Shown here: piece after piece, positions 9,428 to 18,560 of the stretch | Layout of the letters: each line of letters opens with the position of its first letter | How positions within the stretch are numbered: the stretch's first letter is position 1 | Assembly (NCBI GenBank): GCA_043818275.1 | Contig: JBDRFY010000013.1 | Span: forward strand, 1-35,618 | DNA length: 35,618 nt | Reading direction: 5' to 3' | DNA from: a bacterium | GTDB lineage: Bacteria; Babelota; Babeliae; Babelales; JAUWHS01 | The notes under the pieces: model-generated | Databases searched by the model: none | Told to the model about the DNA's origin: nothing | What the model saw: only the letters and a program-made list of their open reading frames with translations | Position numbers and translations under genes: made by a program

Positions 9428-10165
9428 TTATTTATATCCCGTTTTTTCTAATTGTTCTGCCAATCCAAAATCACCAGACTGAACAATTTTTCCATTTTGC
9501 ATAACATGAACAAAACCAGGTTTTAAAAACTTTAAAATTCTTTGATAGTGAGTGATTATTAAAATAGATATTTTTGGATTTGATTTTTTTAGATTATTAA
9601 TTGAATTGCAAACATTTTGCAAAGCATCAATATCAAGTCCAGAATCAAGCTCATCCAGGATTGCTAATTTTGGATTTAATACGGCCATTTGCAATGTTTC
9701 AGCCAACTTTTTTTCCCCTCCGGAAAAACCAATGTTTAAATAACGATCAACAAAAGATTCACTTATTTTTAATTCTTGTAATTTTTCATTTAATAATTTA
9801 TTAAATTCTTTTGGACTTAAATGATTATCAGAATAAATTGAATTATATGCTTGACGCAAAAAATCACGTAAAGTAACACCCTCAATTTCATACGGATGCT
9901 GTAACGATAAAAACATTCCCAATTTTGCCCGTTGATCAACCGGAATATTTGTTATGTCTTTACCAGCAAAAAATATCTGTCCACTTTCAATTTTATATTT
10001 TGGATTACCCATCAAGGTTAAAGCTAAAGTACTCTTTCCAGAACCATTAGGCCCCATGATTGCATGAACTTGACCTTGATCAATATTAAGATTAATTCCA
10101 TTCAGAATTTGTTTGTTTTTAATTGAAACATGTAATTTTTTTATTTCTAACAATTTTTTCATCAT
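9428..10165 (-). CDS. sufC: Fe-S cluster assembly ATPase SufC
   Basis: HAIMGPNGSGKSTL, GFSGGEKK, ILDELDSGLDIDAL, ITHYQRIL. Confidence 0.96.
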   Translation of the reverse strand: MMKKLLEIKKLHVSIKNKQILNGINLNIDQGQVHAIMGPNGSGKSTLALTLMGNPKYKIESGQIFFAGKDITNIPVDQRAKLGMFLSLQHPYEIEGVTLRDFLRQAYNSIYSDNHLSPKEFNKLLNEKLQELKISESFVDRYLNIGFSGGEKKLAETLQMAVLNPKLAILDELDSGLDIDALQNVCNSINNLKKSNPKISILIITHYQRILKFLKPGFVHVMQNGKIVQSGDFGLAEQLEKTGYK

Positions 10166-10198
10166 TTCTTACTAATTTAGGATAAATGTTGAATTTTT

Positions 10199-10310
10199 AG
10201 ATCCTGAACCAAGTTTCAACCTTCGCTAAGCTTCGGTTGACAAGCAGAATGACTGTTATCCTAGCATGTTCATCGTAGTTGGACGAAGATGGAAACTTGA
10301 TTCAGGATCT
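10199..10310. repeat. Inverted doublet of REP-like palindromes (AGATCCTGAAnCAAGTTCAG...), each carrying a 29-nt mini-hairpin insert
   Basis: Inserts at 10216-10244 (+) and 10265-10293 (-), both at CAAGTT^C. Confidence 0.75.
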
Positions 10311-10351
10311 CGCATTTAATATAAATATAACAACTTCAGACAAAATAAAAA

Positions 10352-10464
10352 GCGCTCACCTCAAACAACACTTCTACTGAGCCAAACAAGAACCACAAGG
10401 AACTTATTTAAAACAAAAACACTCAATAAAAATGCTTTCCTTTGTAAGTGTTTAAGGTAAACGC
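10352..10464 (-). other. Long imperfect hairpin followed by a U-tract; contains a 21-codon hydrophobic ORF (10361-10426)
   Basis: GCGTTTACCTTAAAC pairs with GTTTGAGGTGAGCGC (15 bp, 3 G-U) on the minus strand, followed by TTTTT. Confidence 0.5.
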
Positions 10465-10467
10465 AAT

Positions 10468-10729
10468 AATCTTTTTGGCATTCGCCCTGGGCTTTTCAGC
10501 CTTGCTGTAGAGCTGGACATAATAAAATGACCAAACCCAACAGCAACAACATAATTAGAATAAATCCAATTATATTCAAAACGAACACCAAATTTTCAAA
10601 TCTTTTTGGCATTCGCCCTGGGCTTTTCAGCCTCGCTGTAGAGCTGAACATAATAAAATGACCAAACCCAACAGCAACAACATAATCAGAATAAATCCAA
10701 CTACGTTCAAAACGAACACCAAATTTTCA
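10468..10729. repeat. Tandem direct repeat, 2 x 131 bp
   Basis: 10468-10598 and 10599-10729 are identical apart from six transitions seen by eye. Confidence 0.95.
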
Positions 10730-10730
10730 A

Positions 10731-11048
10731 TTATTTATCTTTTACAACTTTCTTTTTGTTGTGTTTTTTAACTTCTTTGTTTTTTCCATTTTTATTTTTT
10801 TCAGCTTTCTTTTCAGCCTTTTTGTCATCACCCATGCTGTGGCCAATTAAACCACCCGCAACACCACCAATGACACCACCGGCAACACCACCACCAGTAC
10901 CACCAGCAGCAGCACCAATTCCGGCACCAGCACCGGCACCAAGTACGGCACCAACTACTGTTTTTTCTTCCTTAGAACAACCCATAAATAAGGTTGATCC
11001 ACCTAAAAGCAATGCAAAAAGCAAATAAGGCATACTTTTATTGTACAT
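10731..11048 (-). CDS. Glycine-zipper lipoprotein
   Basis: Lipobox FMGC, GAVLGAGAGAGIGAAAGG...GGLIG zipper, Lys-rich tail. Confidence 0.8.
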   Translation of the reverse strand: MYNKSMPYLLFALLLGGSTLFMGCSKEEKTVVGAVLGAGAGAGIGAAAGGTGGGVAGGVIGGVAGGLIGHSMGDDKKAEKKAEKNKNGKNKEVKKHNKKKVVKDK

Positions 11049-11214
11049 GCTCTTCCTTTCTTATACTTAAAAACTATATTTTTTACATTCAACTATAGCT
11101 ACATACTTATACACAATTCTATTCTAATAGAAAATATATTCCAATTTGAAGAGTTTAATAAAAATAAATCTATTTCAAGGGCAAAAAAGTAAATTTTTAT
11201 CAAAAAAGGTGAAT

Positions 11215-11733
11215 TTATCGATAGCTTAAATGCACATTTTCTTTGCTGCAATATGGACAATATCGATAATTTGACTCTGGATTAAAGGTTGTCCCGCAAA
11301 TTTTGCAAAATTTTTCTCTAATTAAATGATTTCCACAATAAGGACAGTTATTTGCTCCAGCAATAGATACGTTTCTATGACAATTATCACACCATTTTTT
11401 AAGGTTTTTTCTCAAATATCGATTTTCTTCTTTGAGATTTTGCATTTCTTCTCTTTGAGTTCGATCATCCTGAGCCTCGAGTTTATCGAGAGGTCGAAGG
11501 ACTTTTCTGTCTTCTGATCTTCCAATTTTTCTGCCGATATAATTTCCGATAACAGCTCCAAGCAAGGTTCCACCACCCTTACTTTTATCACCACTCAAAG
11601 CCTCTCCAACAACTGCACCCGAAGCTGCGCCAACGGCACCCCCTGTTGCTTCATGTTTACCGCAACCGAAAAAAGTCAAAACAAACAACAAAAAAAAGAA
11701 ATATTTAAATAAATTTTTAACTCTGAATTCCAT
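11215..11733 (-). CDS. Glycine-zipper lipoprotein with C-terminal double zinc ribbon
   Basis: Lipobox FFGC, Gly zipper and four CxxC pairs (CDNC, CPYC, CKIC, CPYC). Confidence 0.75.
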   Translation of the reverse strand: MEFRVKNLFKYFFFLLFVLTFFGCGKHEATGGAVGAASGAVVGEALSGDKSKGGGTLLGAVIGNYIGRKIGRSEDRKVLRPLDKLEAQDDRTQREEMQNLKEENRYLRKNLKKWCDNCHRNVSIAGANNCPYCGNHLIREKFCKICGTTFNPESNYRYCPYCSKENVHLSYR

Positions 11734-12499
11734 AATTTTTTCCCGAAATTATCTCTTTAACATCATTCTCATTTACCCAACCAATTTGTCCATTAAATTT
11801 AATTTTAAAAAAATTATCTGTTTTTTTATTAATAAGAACTTCACTACCCTCAAAAAGAAATCCCAACTGCTGAAAATTATTACTTGGTCCGGACCATAAA
11901 ATAGTTTTTGGCAAAATAACAATTCCATATCTTGAAAGATCATAACTATGCCTTAAAACCAAACTAATTCCAAATAAAAAAACGAACCAAAACAGAGTGA
12001 TTATAACCACCTTACTCTTTTTTTTGTATAAAATTCTTAAAAAAACAAATAAAATAAACCATAAAATTAAAAACATAATTTGAAAAAATAAAATTGGCGC
12101 TGATCTAATCCAGGAAAGAAAATAATTTTTAACTTTAGCTAAAAATCTTGAAACAAAATTATTAAAACCCTTCTTTTTATCCTTTGACAATTTTTCCTGT
12201 AGCAAATTTATATTTTCTAAAAGCTCCCCGCGTCCCAAAATTCCCCAATCACTCTCCGCCCTTCTCCAGTAAAGCAATGCCTGACCATATTTGCCAAGCT
12301 TATAAAAACAATTTCCCAGGTTATAATTTATCTGAAAATTCTTTTCTGGAATCTGCTGATAAGCCTGCATCGCTTCTTTAAATTTTCCCGACGTATAAAG
12401 TTGATTTGCTGTTGAAAATTGTTCATTATTATCAAACCCGTAAACCAAATTCACGCTCATTAAAAAAGTAATTAAAAATATTTTTAATTTAATTTTCAT
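11717..12499 (-). CDS. batE: BatE-like TPR + SH3 membrane protein
   Basis: Signal peptide, TPR (YNLGNCFYKLG), two TM helices, C-terminal SH3-like (SGPS...EGSEV...GWV); operon context. Confidence 0.75.
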   Translation of the reverse strand: MKIKLKIFLITFLMSVNLVYGFDNNEQFSTANQLYTSGKFKEAMQAYQQIPEKNFQINYNLGNCFYKLGKYGQALLYWRRAESDWGILGRGELLENINLLQEKLSKDKKKGFNNFVSRFLAKVKNYFLSWIRSAPILFFQIMFLILWFILFVFLRILYKKKSKVVIITLFWFVFLFGISLVLRHSYDLSRYGIVILPKTILWSGPSNNFQQLGFLFEGSEVLINKKTDNFFKIKFNGQIGWVNENDVKEIISGKNYGIQS

Positions 12500-12513
12500 T
12501 TTTATCCCAAAGT

Positions 12514-14322
12514 TTATTTTTTTAATTGTTCAAACCAATATTTAGCCTTACTTAAAAAATTTTGCTCTTGTTTAAAACCTGAATCTTTACCTGCAAAATG
12601 GTAGCTCGCGCATTTATTCAAATAATCTAAAAAATCATTAATCATATTTTCCGGCCAACCCGTTTCAAGCAATTTTTGTGAAATAAAATTTTCCGTAATA
12701 GTTACATGAGATAAATCATATTTAAATGCCATGTAGTTTATATAAAACTGATAAAGTTGTTCAATCTTTTGTTGTTTTATAATGTTATCTAATTTTTTCT
12801 CAAAAGCATTAAGATTTTTTCGTCTTGCAAAACCTGAAAAATATTTTTTCTCTATTTTATTGCAAAATTTAAAAATTGAACCTCTATAAAAAATAATTAT
12901 TGGCAGCAAAATTAAAACCAAAAATAACCAATAAGGTAAACTAAACTTATTACTTTCATGAGCTAATTCTTCACTTATAAAATTAATATCACTTTTAAAA
13001 GTTTCATTCTTTTTTCCATTTAAAATCGATGAGTCACTTTTTATTAAATCATTTTGAACAAAAAGTTCATCCTCATCACCAGGATTAATTTTCAATTCTA
13101 ATGATTGAGTTTTCAGCGTATTATACGAATGAGATTTGGTATCAAAATATGTAAAATTTTGTTCAGGAATTTTTAATTCACCTGCTTGACCAACCTGTAA
13201 AACATATTCAAATATCTTGCTTCCCTTGGTTAAATCAGATTTCAAATCTTGCCGCACATCAAACCTGGATTCGTAATATTTACAGGAAGATGGAACATTT
13301 AATTTAGGATAAGTAATTTGCTCTAAATTACCAATTCCTTCTAATTTTAGCTTTACGGTTATAGGCTCATTAATTAAAACTTCTTTTTTATCAACTGTTA
13401 ATTCAAAACTATCTAAAGCTCCAATACCATCAACAGAACCTGAATACTTTGGTAATGCTTGCACATCAAGTTTTAAAGGATTAGATAAAACTTTTTTTTG
13501 CTCAACTTCCTGTCCAAAAAAACCGGTAGGCAAAAAATCATCCCCAAACATTCCTAACCGTTTTCGCTTATAAACAGGAACAACAAATTCAACTACTAAT
13601 GGCTTTACTTCTTTTAGGCCTTCTTTTAATGGTGTTATTAAATATCTTTTTTCTGAAACATTAAATATTTTTCCGCCAACATTTTCCTGTCGCGTTAAAA
13701 CTTGTTCAATATCCTTAACAATAAAATCTGACGATTTAAATGGCTCTACGCCCATTTGCAAAATAGCGCCATTTGTATAAATAGAAGCGGTTAACAATGT
13801 AGGCTGACCAATAAAAATTTGGGGATCTTTGATATCTAATTTGCAAAAAACTTCATAGTCATGAAAATTAGTATTTATATTTGCAGAACCTTTTCTGTTA
13901 GATCTTGAAACAGGCTGGCCAGCCGATCTGGTTTTTACTGTTACATCTAAAATATTTGAATCTATTCTTTTATCATCCTGAACTATAAATGCCGGACCAA
14001 TTTTAAATTCACCATTTTTTTCAGCTTGAATGCTATAAACAACATTAATATTTTTTTCCACATAACCATTTATTTCTATATCACTTGAATGACCACCAAC
14101 AACTGAAGCTTTAAAATTATCTAACCCATAAATTTGCAATTCGTCACTCCATTTACCATCAACGATTACTGAAGCAATTAATTGAAATGATTCACCTAAA
14201 TAAACAATATTCTTTCCATTTTCAATTTCTACACCTTGCAATTCCAAATTTATATTGGTTGCAATAACACTTTTTAATGTAAAAAATAAAATTAATAATA
14301 AATTATTTATTTTTTTTACCAT
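12514..14322 (-). CDS. batD: BatD family protein
   Basis: Signal peptide, beta-rich domains (GEFKIGPA, EGIGNL, FTYFDT), late TM helix; lies between batC and batE. Confidence 0.8.
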   Translation of the reverse strand: MVKKINNLLLILFFTLKSVIATNINLELQGVEIENGKNIVYLGESFQLIASVIVDGKWSDELQIYGLDNFKASVVGGHSSDIEINGYVEKNINVVYSIQAEKNGEFKIGPAFIVQDDKRIDSNILDVTVKTRSAGQPVSRSNRKGSANINTNFHDYEVFCKLDIKDPQIFIGQPTLLTASIYTNGAILQMGVEPFKSSDFIVKDIEQVLTRQENVGGKIFNVSEKRYLITPLKEGLKEVKPLVVEFVVPVYKRKRLGMFGDDFLPTGFFGQEVEQKKVLSNPLKLDVQALPKYSGSVDGIGALDSFELTVDKKEVLINEPITVKLKLEGIGNLEQITYPKLNVPSSCKYYESRFDVRQDLKSDLTKGSKIFEYVLQVGQAGELKIPEQNFTYFDTKSHSYNTLKTQSLELKINPGDEDELFVQNDLIKSDSSILNGKKNETFKSDINFISEELAHESNKFSLPYWLFLVLILLPIIIFYRGSIFKFCNKIEKKYFSGFARRKNLNAFEKKLDNIIKQQKIEQLYQFYINYMAFKYDLSHVTITENFISQKLLETGWPENMINDFLDYLNKCASYHFAGKDSGFKQEQNFLSKAKYWFEQLKK

Positions 14323-15407
14323 GGTTTTTGTCCCTTGCTTAAAGGCCCCCGATTTTCAGTTTTATTTTTCATCAACATTTTTTGCATTTTAGACTCATCC
14401 GCCTGTAAATCCTGCAACATCGCAAGCATACCCTTTTCTTTCATGTTATTATTTTGATCAGTTTCCTGAGCTAAACCCATAACATCTTTTTCTTGTCCAT
14501 CTTCTTGATTTAAATCTGATTCTTGTTCTGACGCTGAAGGCCCTTTTTCTTCTTGCAAGTCTTCTGGATTTTCGTTTTGATTTTCTTTATTTTCTTGGTT
14601 TTCATCACCTTTTTCATCGTCAGTTTTTTGATCATCTTTTTCTTGCTCGTCTTGCTTTTGTTCTTCTAAATTTTTTTCTTGTTGCCCATCATCTTTATCT
14701 TGATCTGATTGCCTACCTTTTTTGTCACCATTTTCATCTTTCTCACCTTTTTCCTTTTTATAAGCATCTTCTTTTTCGTTATTTTGTTTATCCTGTTTTT
14801 CTTGCTTATCATCCTTGTTTTGATTTTGCTTGTCCTGATTTTGTTTTTGTTGTTTTTCTTTTTCAGGTAACTTCTTTTTTATTTTTTCCAACAACTCTTC
14901 AGCTAATTTCTTATTTTTTCTTGCCTCTTCATTTTTATCATCTAAAACTAAAACATTTTTATAATTTTCTACTCCATTTTCAATAGTCTTCATAGCCAAC
15001 TGCAAAATTTCTTCTTGCAAATCCTCTTCTTCCCAATTATCACCCAAAAGAGACAAACTCCCTTTATAAAAACTATTTCCTGCGTTAAAATAAGATTTTT
15101 CTTTAAGAATTAAATTTTCATTTGAGTTGTCAGCGGCTCGAATAAAAGAATTTTGAGCATCTTGAAATTGATTTAATTTATAAAAAATAGTTCCTAAATT
15201 ATAATTTAATTTTGCATCATTAGGATTATCAATTTGATCTTTTTGTAAAATATCCTTTATTGAATAATAATCCTCTTTTTCATATGCTTTTTTTAAACGA
15301 TAATCTTTAAAAAGATTAGACAAACGAAAAGCATTCAATGGTTGAACACAAAAAATAAAAAACAAAAATATAAATTTATAAAAAATATTATTTAATAAAA
15401 ACATCAT
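14316..15407 (-). CDS. batC: BatC-like TPR protein with acidic/Gln-rich tail
   Basis: YNLGTIFYK and FNAGNSFYK TPRs, Q/E/D/K low-complexity region, terminal KPW. Start chosen at the ATGA overlap with the batB stop. Confidence 0.75.
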   Translation of the reverse strand: MMFLLNNIFYKFIFLFFIFCVQPLNAFRLSNLFKDYRLKKAYEKEDYYSIKDILQKDQIDNPNDAKLNYNLGTIFYKLNQFQDAQNSFIRAADNSNENLILKEKSYFNAGNSFYKGSLSLLGDNWEEEDLQEEILQLAMKTIENGVENYKNVLVLDDKNEEARKNKKLAEELLEKIKKKLPEKEKQQKQNQDKQNQNKDDKQEKQDKQNNEKEDAYKKEKGEKDENGDKKGRQSDQDKDDGQQEKNLEEQKQDEQEKDDQKTDDEKGDENQENKENQNENPEDLQEEKGPSASEQESDLNQEDGQEKDVMGLAQETDQNNNMKEKGMLAMLQDLQADESKMQKMLMKNKTENRGPLSKGQKPW

Positions 15408-16405
15408 AGCAACCATTCCAAAAGTAACATTACAAATGCTAAACCTAAAAACCATGGATATTGATCCTGATATAAAGACAATTTTTTATCTTCAAAACTC
15501 TCTTTTTCAAAACTTTCAATAAGACTTGAAATATAATTTAAATCAGAATCAGAATTAGTAGATTTAATATAATGCCCCTGCAAATAAGAAGAAATCTGTT
15601 TTAATTTTTCTTCATTTAATTTTGATAAAGCAACTTTGCCTTTTTCCTCTTCATGACCAATTTGTTTTCCAAATTTATCAAGTTTTGGAATCGGAGCGCC
15701 CTGCGTAGAACCAATCCCCCAACTCAAAACTTTTATATTTTCTTTTTTAGCTCTCTGTTTAACAGAATTTAAATTTGTCGAAAAATCTTCACCATCAGTA
15801 GCCAACAAAACCAATTTATTTTTTCTGTCTGCTGAATTGGAAAAAATTTCTGTCGCTTTTAACAGCGCCTGATCAATAGATGTTGTTCCCGAAGCAATCG
15901 TTTCAACATCAACAGAATTTAAAAAGCTTAAAAACGCTGGATAATCAGAGGTTAGTGGACACTGCAAGAATGCGGAACCCGAAAATAAAATTAACCCAAC
16001 TCTCTCAAATTTTAATTTATCCAACAAATTTCTAATTTTTAATTTTATAAATTCTAGCCGGTTTGGTTTTAAATCTTTGGCAAGCATACTGCGGGAAACG
16101 TCTAAAACAATTAGTAAATCACGTCCCTCCTGAACAATAACGTTTTCTTTTTTCCCCCATTGCGGACGAAGTAATGCCAAAAAAATACATGTCAGGGATG
16201 CGATTAACAAAAAAGTTTTTATTTTTTGTCTGGAAGATGAAAAACCCGGAAACAAAATTTTTTGATTAGATTTGTGAACTAATAAATTTACAATATTTTT
16301 TACTGTTTTGTAATTTTTTAAAATCAGTAATGCAAATAATAAAAATATAGGAGCATAAATAAAATTATTTAAACTTGCCCAGTGAAGTTCAAAAATATCA
16401 ACCAT
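15404..16405 (-). CDS. batB: BatB vWA domain membrane protein
   Basis: ALLRPQWG, MIDAS DVSRSM, PNRL, PLTSDY, TDGED. Confidence 0.85.
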   Translation of the reverse strand: MVDIFELHWASLNNFIYAPIFLLFALLILKNYKTVKNIVNLLVHKSNQKILFPGFSSSRQKIKTFLLIASLTCIFLALLRPQWGKKENVIVQEGRDLLIVLDVSRSMLAKDLKPNRLEFIKLKIRNLLDKLKFERVGLILFSGSAFLQCPLTSDYPAFLSFLNSVDVETIASGTTSIDQALLKATEIFSNSADRKNKLVLLATDGEDFSTNLNSVKQRAKKENIKVLSWGIGSTQGAPIPKLDKFGKQIGHEEEKGKVALSKLNEEKLKQISSYLQGHYIKSTNSDSDLNYISSLIESFEKESFEDKKLSLYQDQYPWFLGLAFVMLLLEWLL

Positions 16406-17395
16406 TTAAACACCACGCCAAACAAAAAATCTTAAAAATAATTCTAAGCCAAAAAGAAATAACAAAATCCAAAAGAAACTAAAAAAAGCTTCATAATATC
16501 TTTGAAAAACATCCGTCTGATATTCTGTTTTTTCCAGAGAATCAATTTTATTATAAATTTCTCGCATCTCTGTTGGATTATTTGCCCTAAAACATGCCCC
16601 ACCGGTTTGAGCTGCAATCCTTTTCAATAAATCCATATCAATCGCAACCCCTACAGACTGAACTCCAAATAAAGGATGTTTAATAAAACTTCCCTTTTCA
16701 TTTCCAATTCCAACAGTATAAATTTTAATTTCAAATTGTTTTGCCAATTCCAAAGCATTATCTGGACTAATTTTTTCTTCTGTCGGCTCTCCATCCGTTA
16801 ATAAAATTATTATTTTACTTTTAGCTTTTGAATCTTTTAACCTGTTTACAGCTGTTGCCAATCCGGTACCTAAACTTGTCCCCTCCGGACTAATAAAACC
16901 CAGATTTAATTGCCCGACAATATTTTTTAACATTTGTTTATCCAAAGTCAAAGGACACAACGAAATTGCGTCACGACCAAAAATAACAACCGAAATCGGA
17001 TCGTCTGTCCTTTTTTCAATAAATCTGATCGCCTCACTTTTTACAACATCAATTCTTGGTCTTCGATCATTAATATCATCAAACAATTGCATACTACCAG
17101 AAACATCCAAAACCAAAGCAATATCTATTCCTTCAACATTAATTTTTGATCTACTGTCAACCCATTGTGGCCGCGCAATTAAAAAAATTAAAATTAATAA
17201 GGTAAATAACCTTAAAAAATATAAAATCCATCTGTGATAGCTTGCGGCAGCAAAATTATGTTTATGAAAAAAATTACCCAAAGAATATGAATAAATATTT
17301 TTTTTGCCAAACTTCCATTTAAAAACCAAACCCAACAAAAAAAGTGGTATAAAAAAATATAAAATATTGGGATAAGCAAACCGCAAAAGCAACAT
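16406..17395 (-). CDS. batA: BatA vWA domain membrane protein
   Basis: ARPQ, GIDIALVLDVSGSM, GTSLGTGLATAVNRL, SKIIILLTDGE, KIYTVGIG. Confidence 0.88.
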   Translation of the reverse strand: MLLLRFAYPNILYFFIPLFLLGLVFKWKFGKKNIYSYSLGNFFHKHNFAAASYHRWILYFLRLFTLLILIFLIARPQWVDSRSKINVEGIDIALVLDVSGSMQLFDDINDRRPRIDVVKSEAIRFIEKRTDDPISVVIFGRDAISLCPLTLDKQMLKNIVGQLNLGFISPEGTSLGTGLATAVNRLKDSKAKSKIIILLTDGEPTEEKISPDNALELAKQFEIKIYTVGIGNEKGSFIKHPLFGVQSVGVAIDMDLLKRIAAQTGGACFRANNPTEMREIYNKIDSLEKTEYQTDVFQRYYEAFFSFFWILLFLFGLELFLRFFVWRGV

Positions 17396-17397
17396 TA

Positions 17398-18225
17398 TTA
17401 ATCCATAAATTTAGGTTTAAAAAATAAAGAATAATTGCTGTGTTTGATTTTAAAATAAATAATCGAAGAAATTGATAAATACAAAATTATGCCTATGTAA
17501 TAAGAAAAATACATAACGATAGACCAAAATTCCAACTCTAACGGTCGCATAAAAAGAATAAGTGCGGCAGTTGAGATTGCGCCAAAAATAAAACTTATTG
17601 GAAAAAAATAAAAAATAAACTTGCAACCATTTTTAATAGAAAGAAAAACTGAGCTTAAACCATTGGAAAAATCAAAGAAAAAATAGCTACTAAAAACAGC
17701 TGTAGCAAAAGTTAAACTCAAAAGAATAAATAAAACAATCGTTAAAAACCAGGAATCATACATAGAATAAGGCAAACTTTGCAAATAGTCTCCGCCTCCC
17801 CAAATATAAGTTATTAAATAAAGAGCGCTCAAACCAACAGCATAAATAAAAAAAGGTATAAGTAAAAACCCTCCAATTCTATGAATATATTTTATAAAAT
17901 ATCTAAAATCTTTGCGTTCTACAGAAGCTCTAACAACCATAAATGCAAAAAAAGAAAAAAGCATAAAAAATAAATATCTCAAAATTAATAATGAAACTGA
18001 TAAAAAACTTTCAAATGGATCCATGGCAAAAAAAGATTCTATAACATAATCAAAGGCAAAAAGAAAAAGGCCAAACCACCAAAAATACTTTAAAATTATT
18101 AAAAAAGACCGTTTAAAGGCATTTAATGAAGCAAGAAATAATAAAGACAAATTGTTCCATTTAAAAAATGTTAATGATTCAAGCCATTTATTTAAAACAA
18201 ACTTTAAAAACATAAAACTCCCCAA
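17398..18225 (-). CDS. Hypothetical multi-pass membrane protein
   Basis: About six hydrophobic segments; ends 2 nt before the batA start. The exact start is uncertain. Confidence 0.7.
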   Translation of the reverse strand: MGSFMFLKFVLNKWLESLTFFKWNNLSLLFLASLNAFKRSFLIILKYFWWFGLFLFAFDYVIESFFAMDPFESFLSVSLLILRYLFFMLFSFFAFMVVRASVERKDFRYFIKYIHRIGGFLLIPFFIYAVGLSALYLITYIWGGGDYLQSLPYSMYDSWFLTIVLFILLSLTFATAVFSSYFFFDFSNGLSSVFLSIKNGCKFIFYFFPISFIFGAISTAALILFMRPLELEFWSIVMYFSYYIGIILYLSISSIIYFKIKHSNYSLFFKPKFMD

Positions 18226-18416
18226 ATTTAAAAATTTTAAAAATATTGAACAATCATTTTATCAAATAATTCGCAAAAAATTTAAAAAAATTTGAACAAA
18301 TAAAAAAATATCTCAATTAAAGTTTAAAAATCAACAAAATTAATCATAAAACACTCTCTTTGGCAAATCAACAACCACACAACAATTAGCCATTTCAAAG
18401 ACAAAAAACAATAAAA

Positions 18417-18446
18417 TTGACATATAGGAAATATATAAAATAAACT
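18417..18446 (+). promoter_or_regulatory. Candidate sigma70 promoter for topA
   Basis: TTGACA-18 nt-TAAACT upstream of topA; the AT-rich background weakens this call. Confidence 0.35.
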
Positions 18447-18560
18447 AAATATTAATAAATTAAGATTATCTGCATTTGACATTCAGCCAAGATTTTGTCA
18501 AAACTGTGCTTTAAACAACGTAAAAAAAGAAGGCCTAAATTGGGGAGGCTTAGAAGGGAC

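Noticed and set aside
18495..18560. TTG-start N-terminal extension of topA
   Set aside because: The ATG at 18561 has a purine-rich RBS and lies just before the conserved LIVESP motif.
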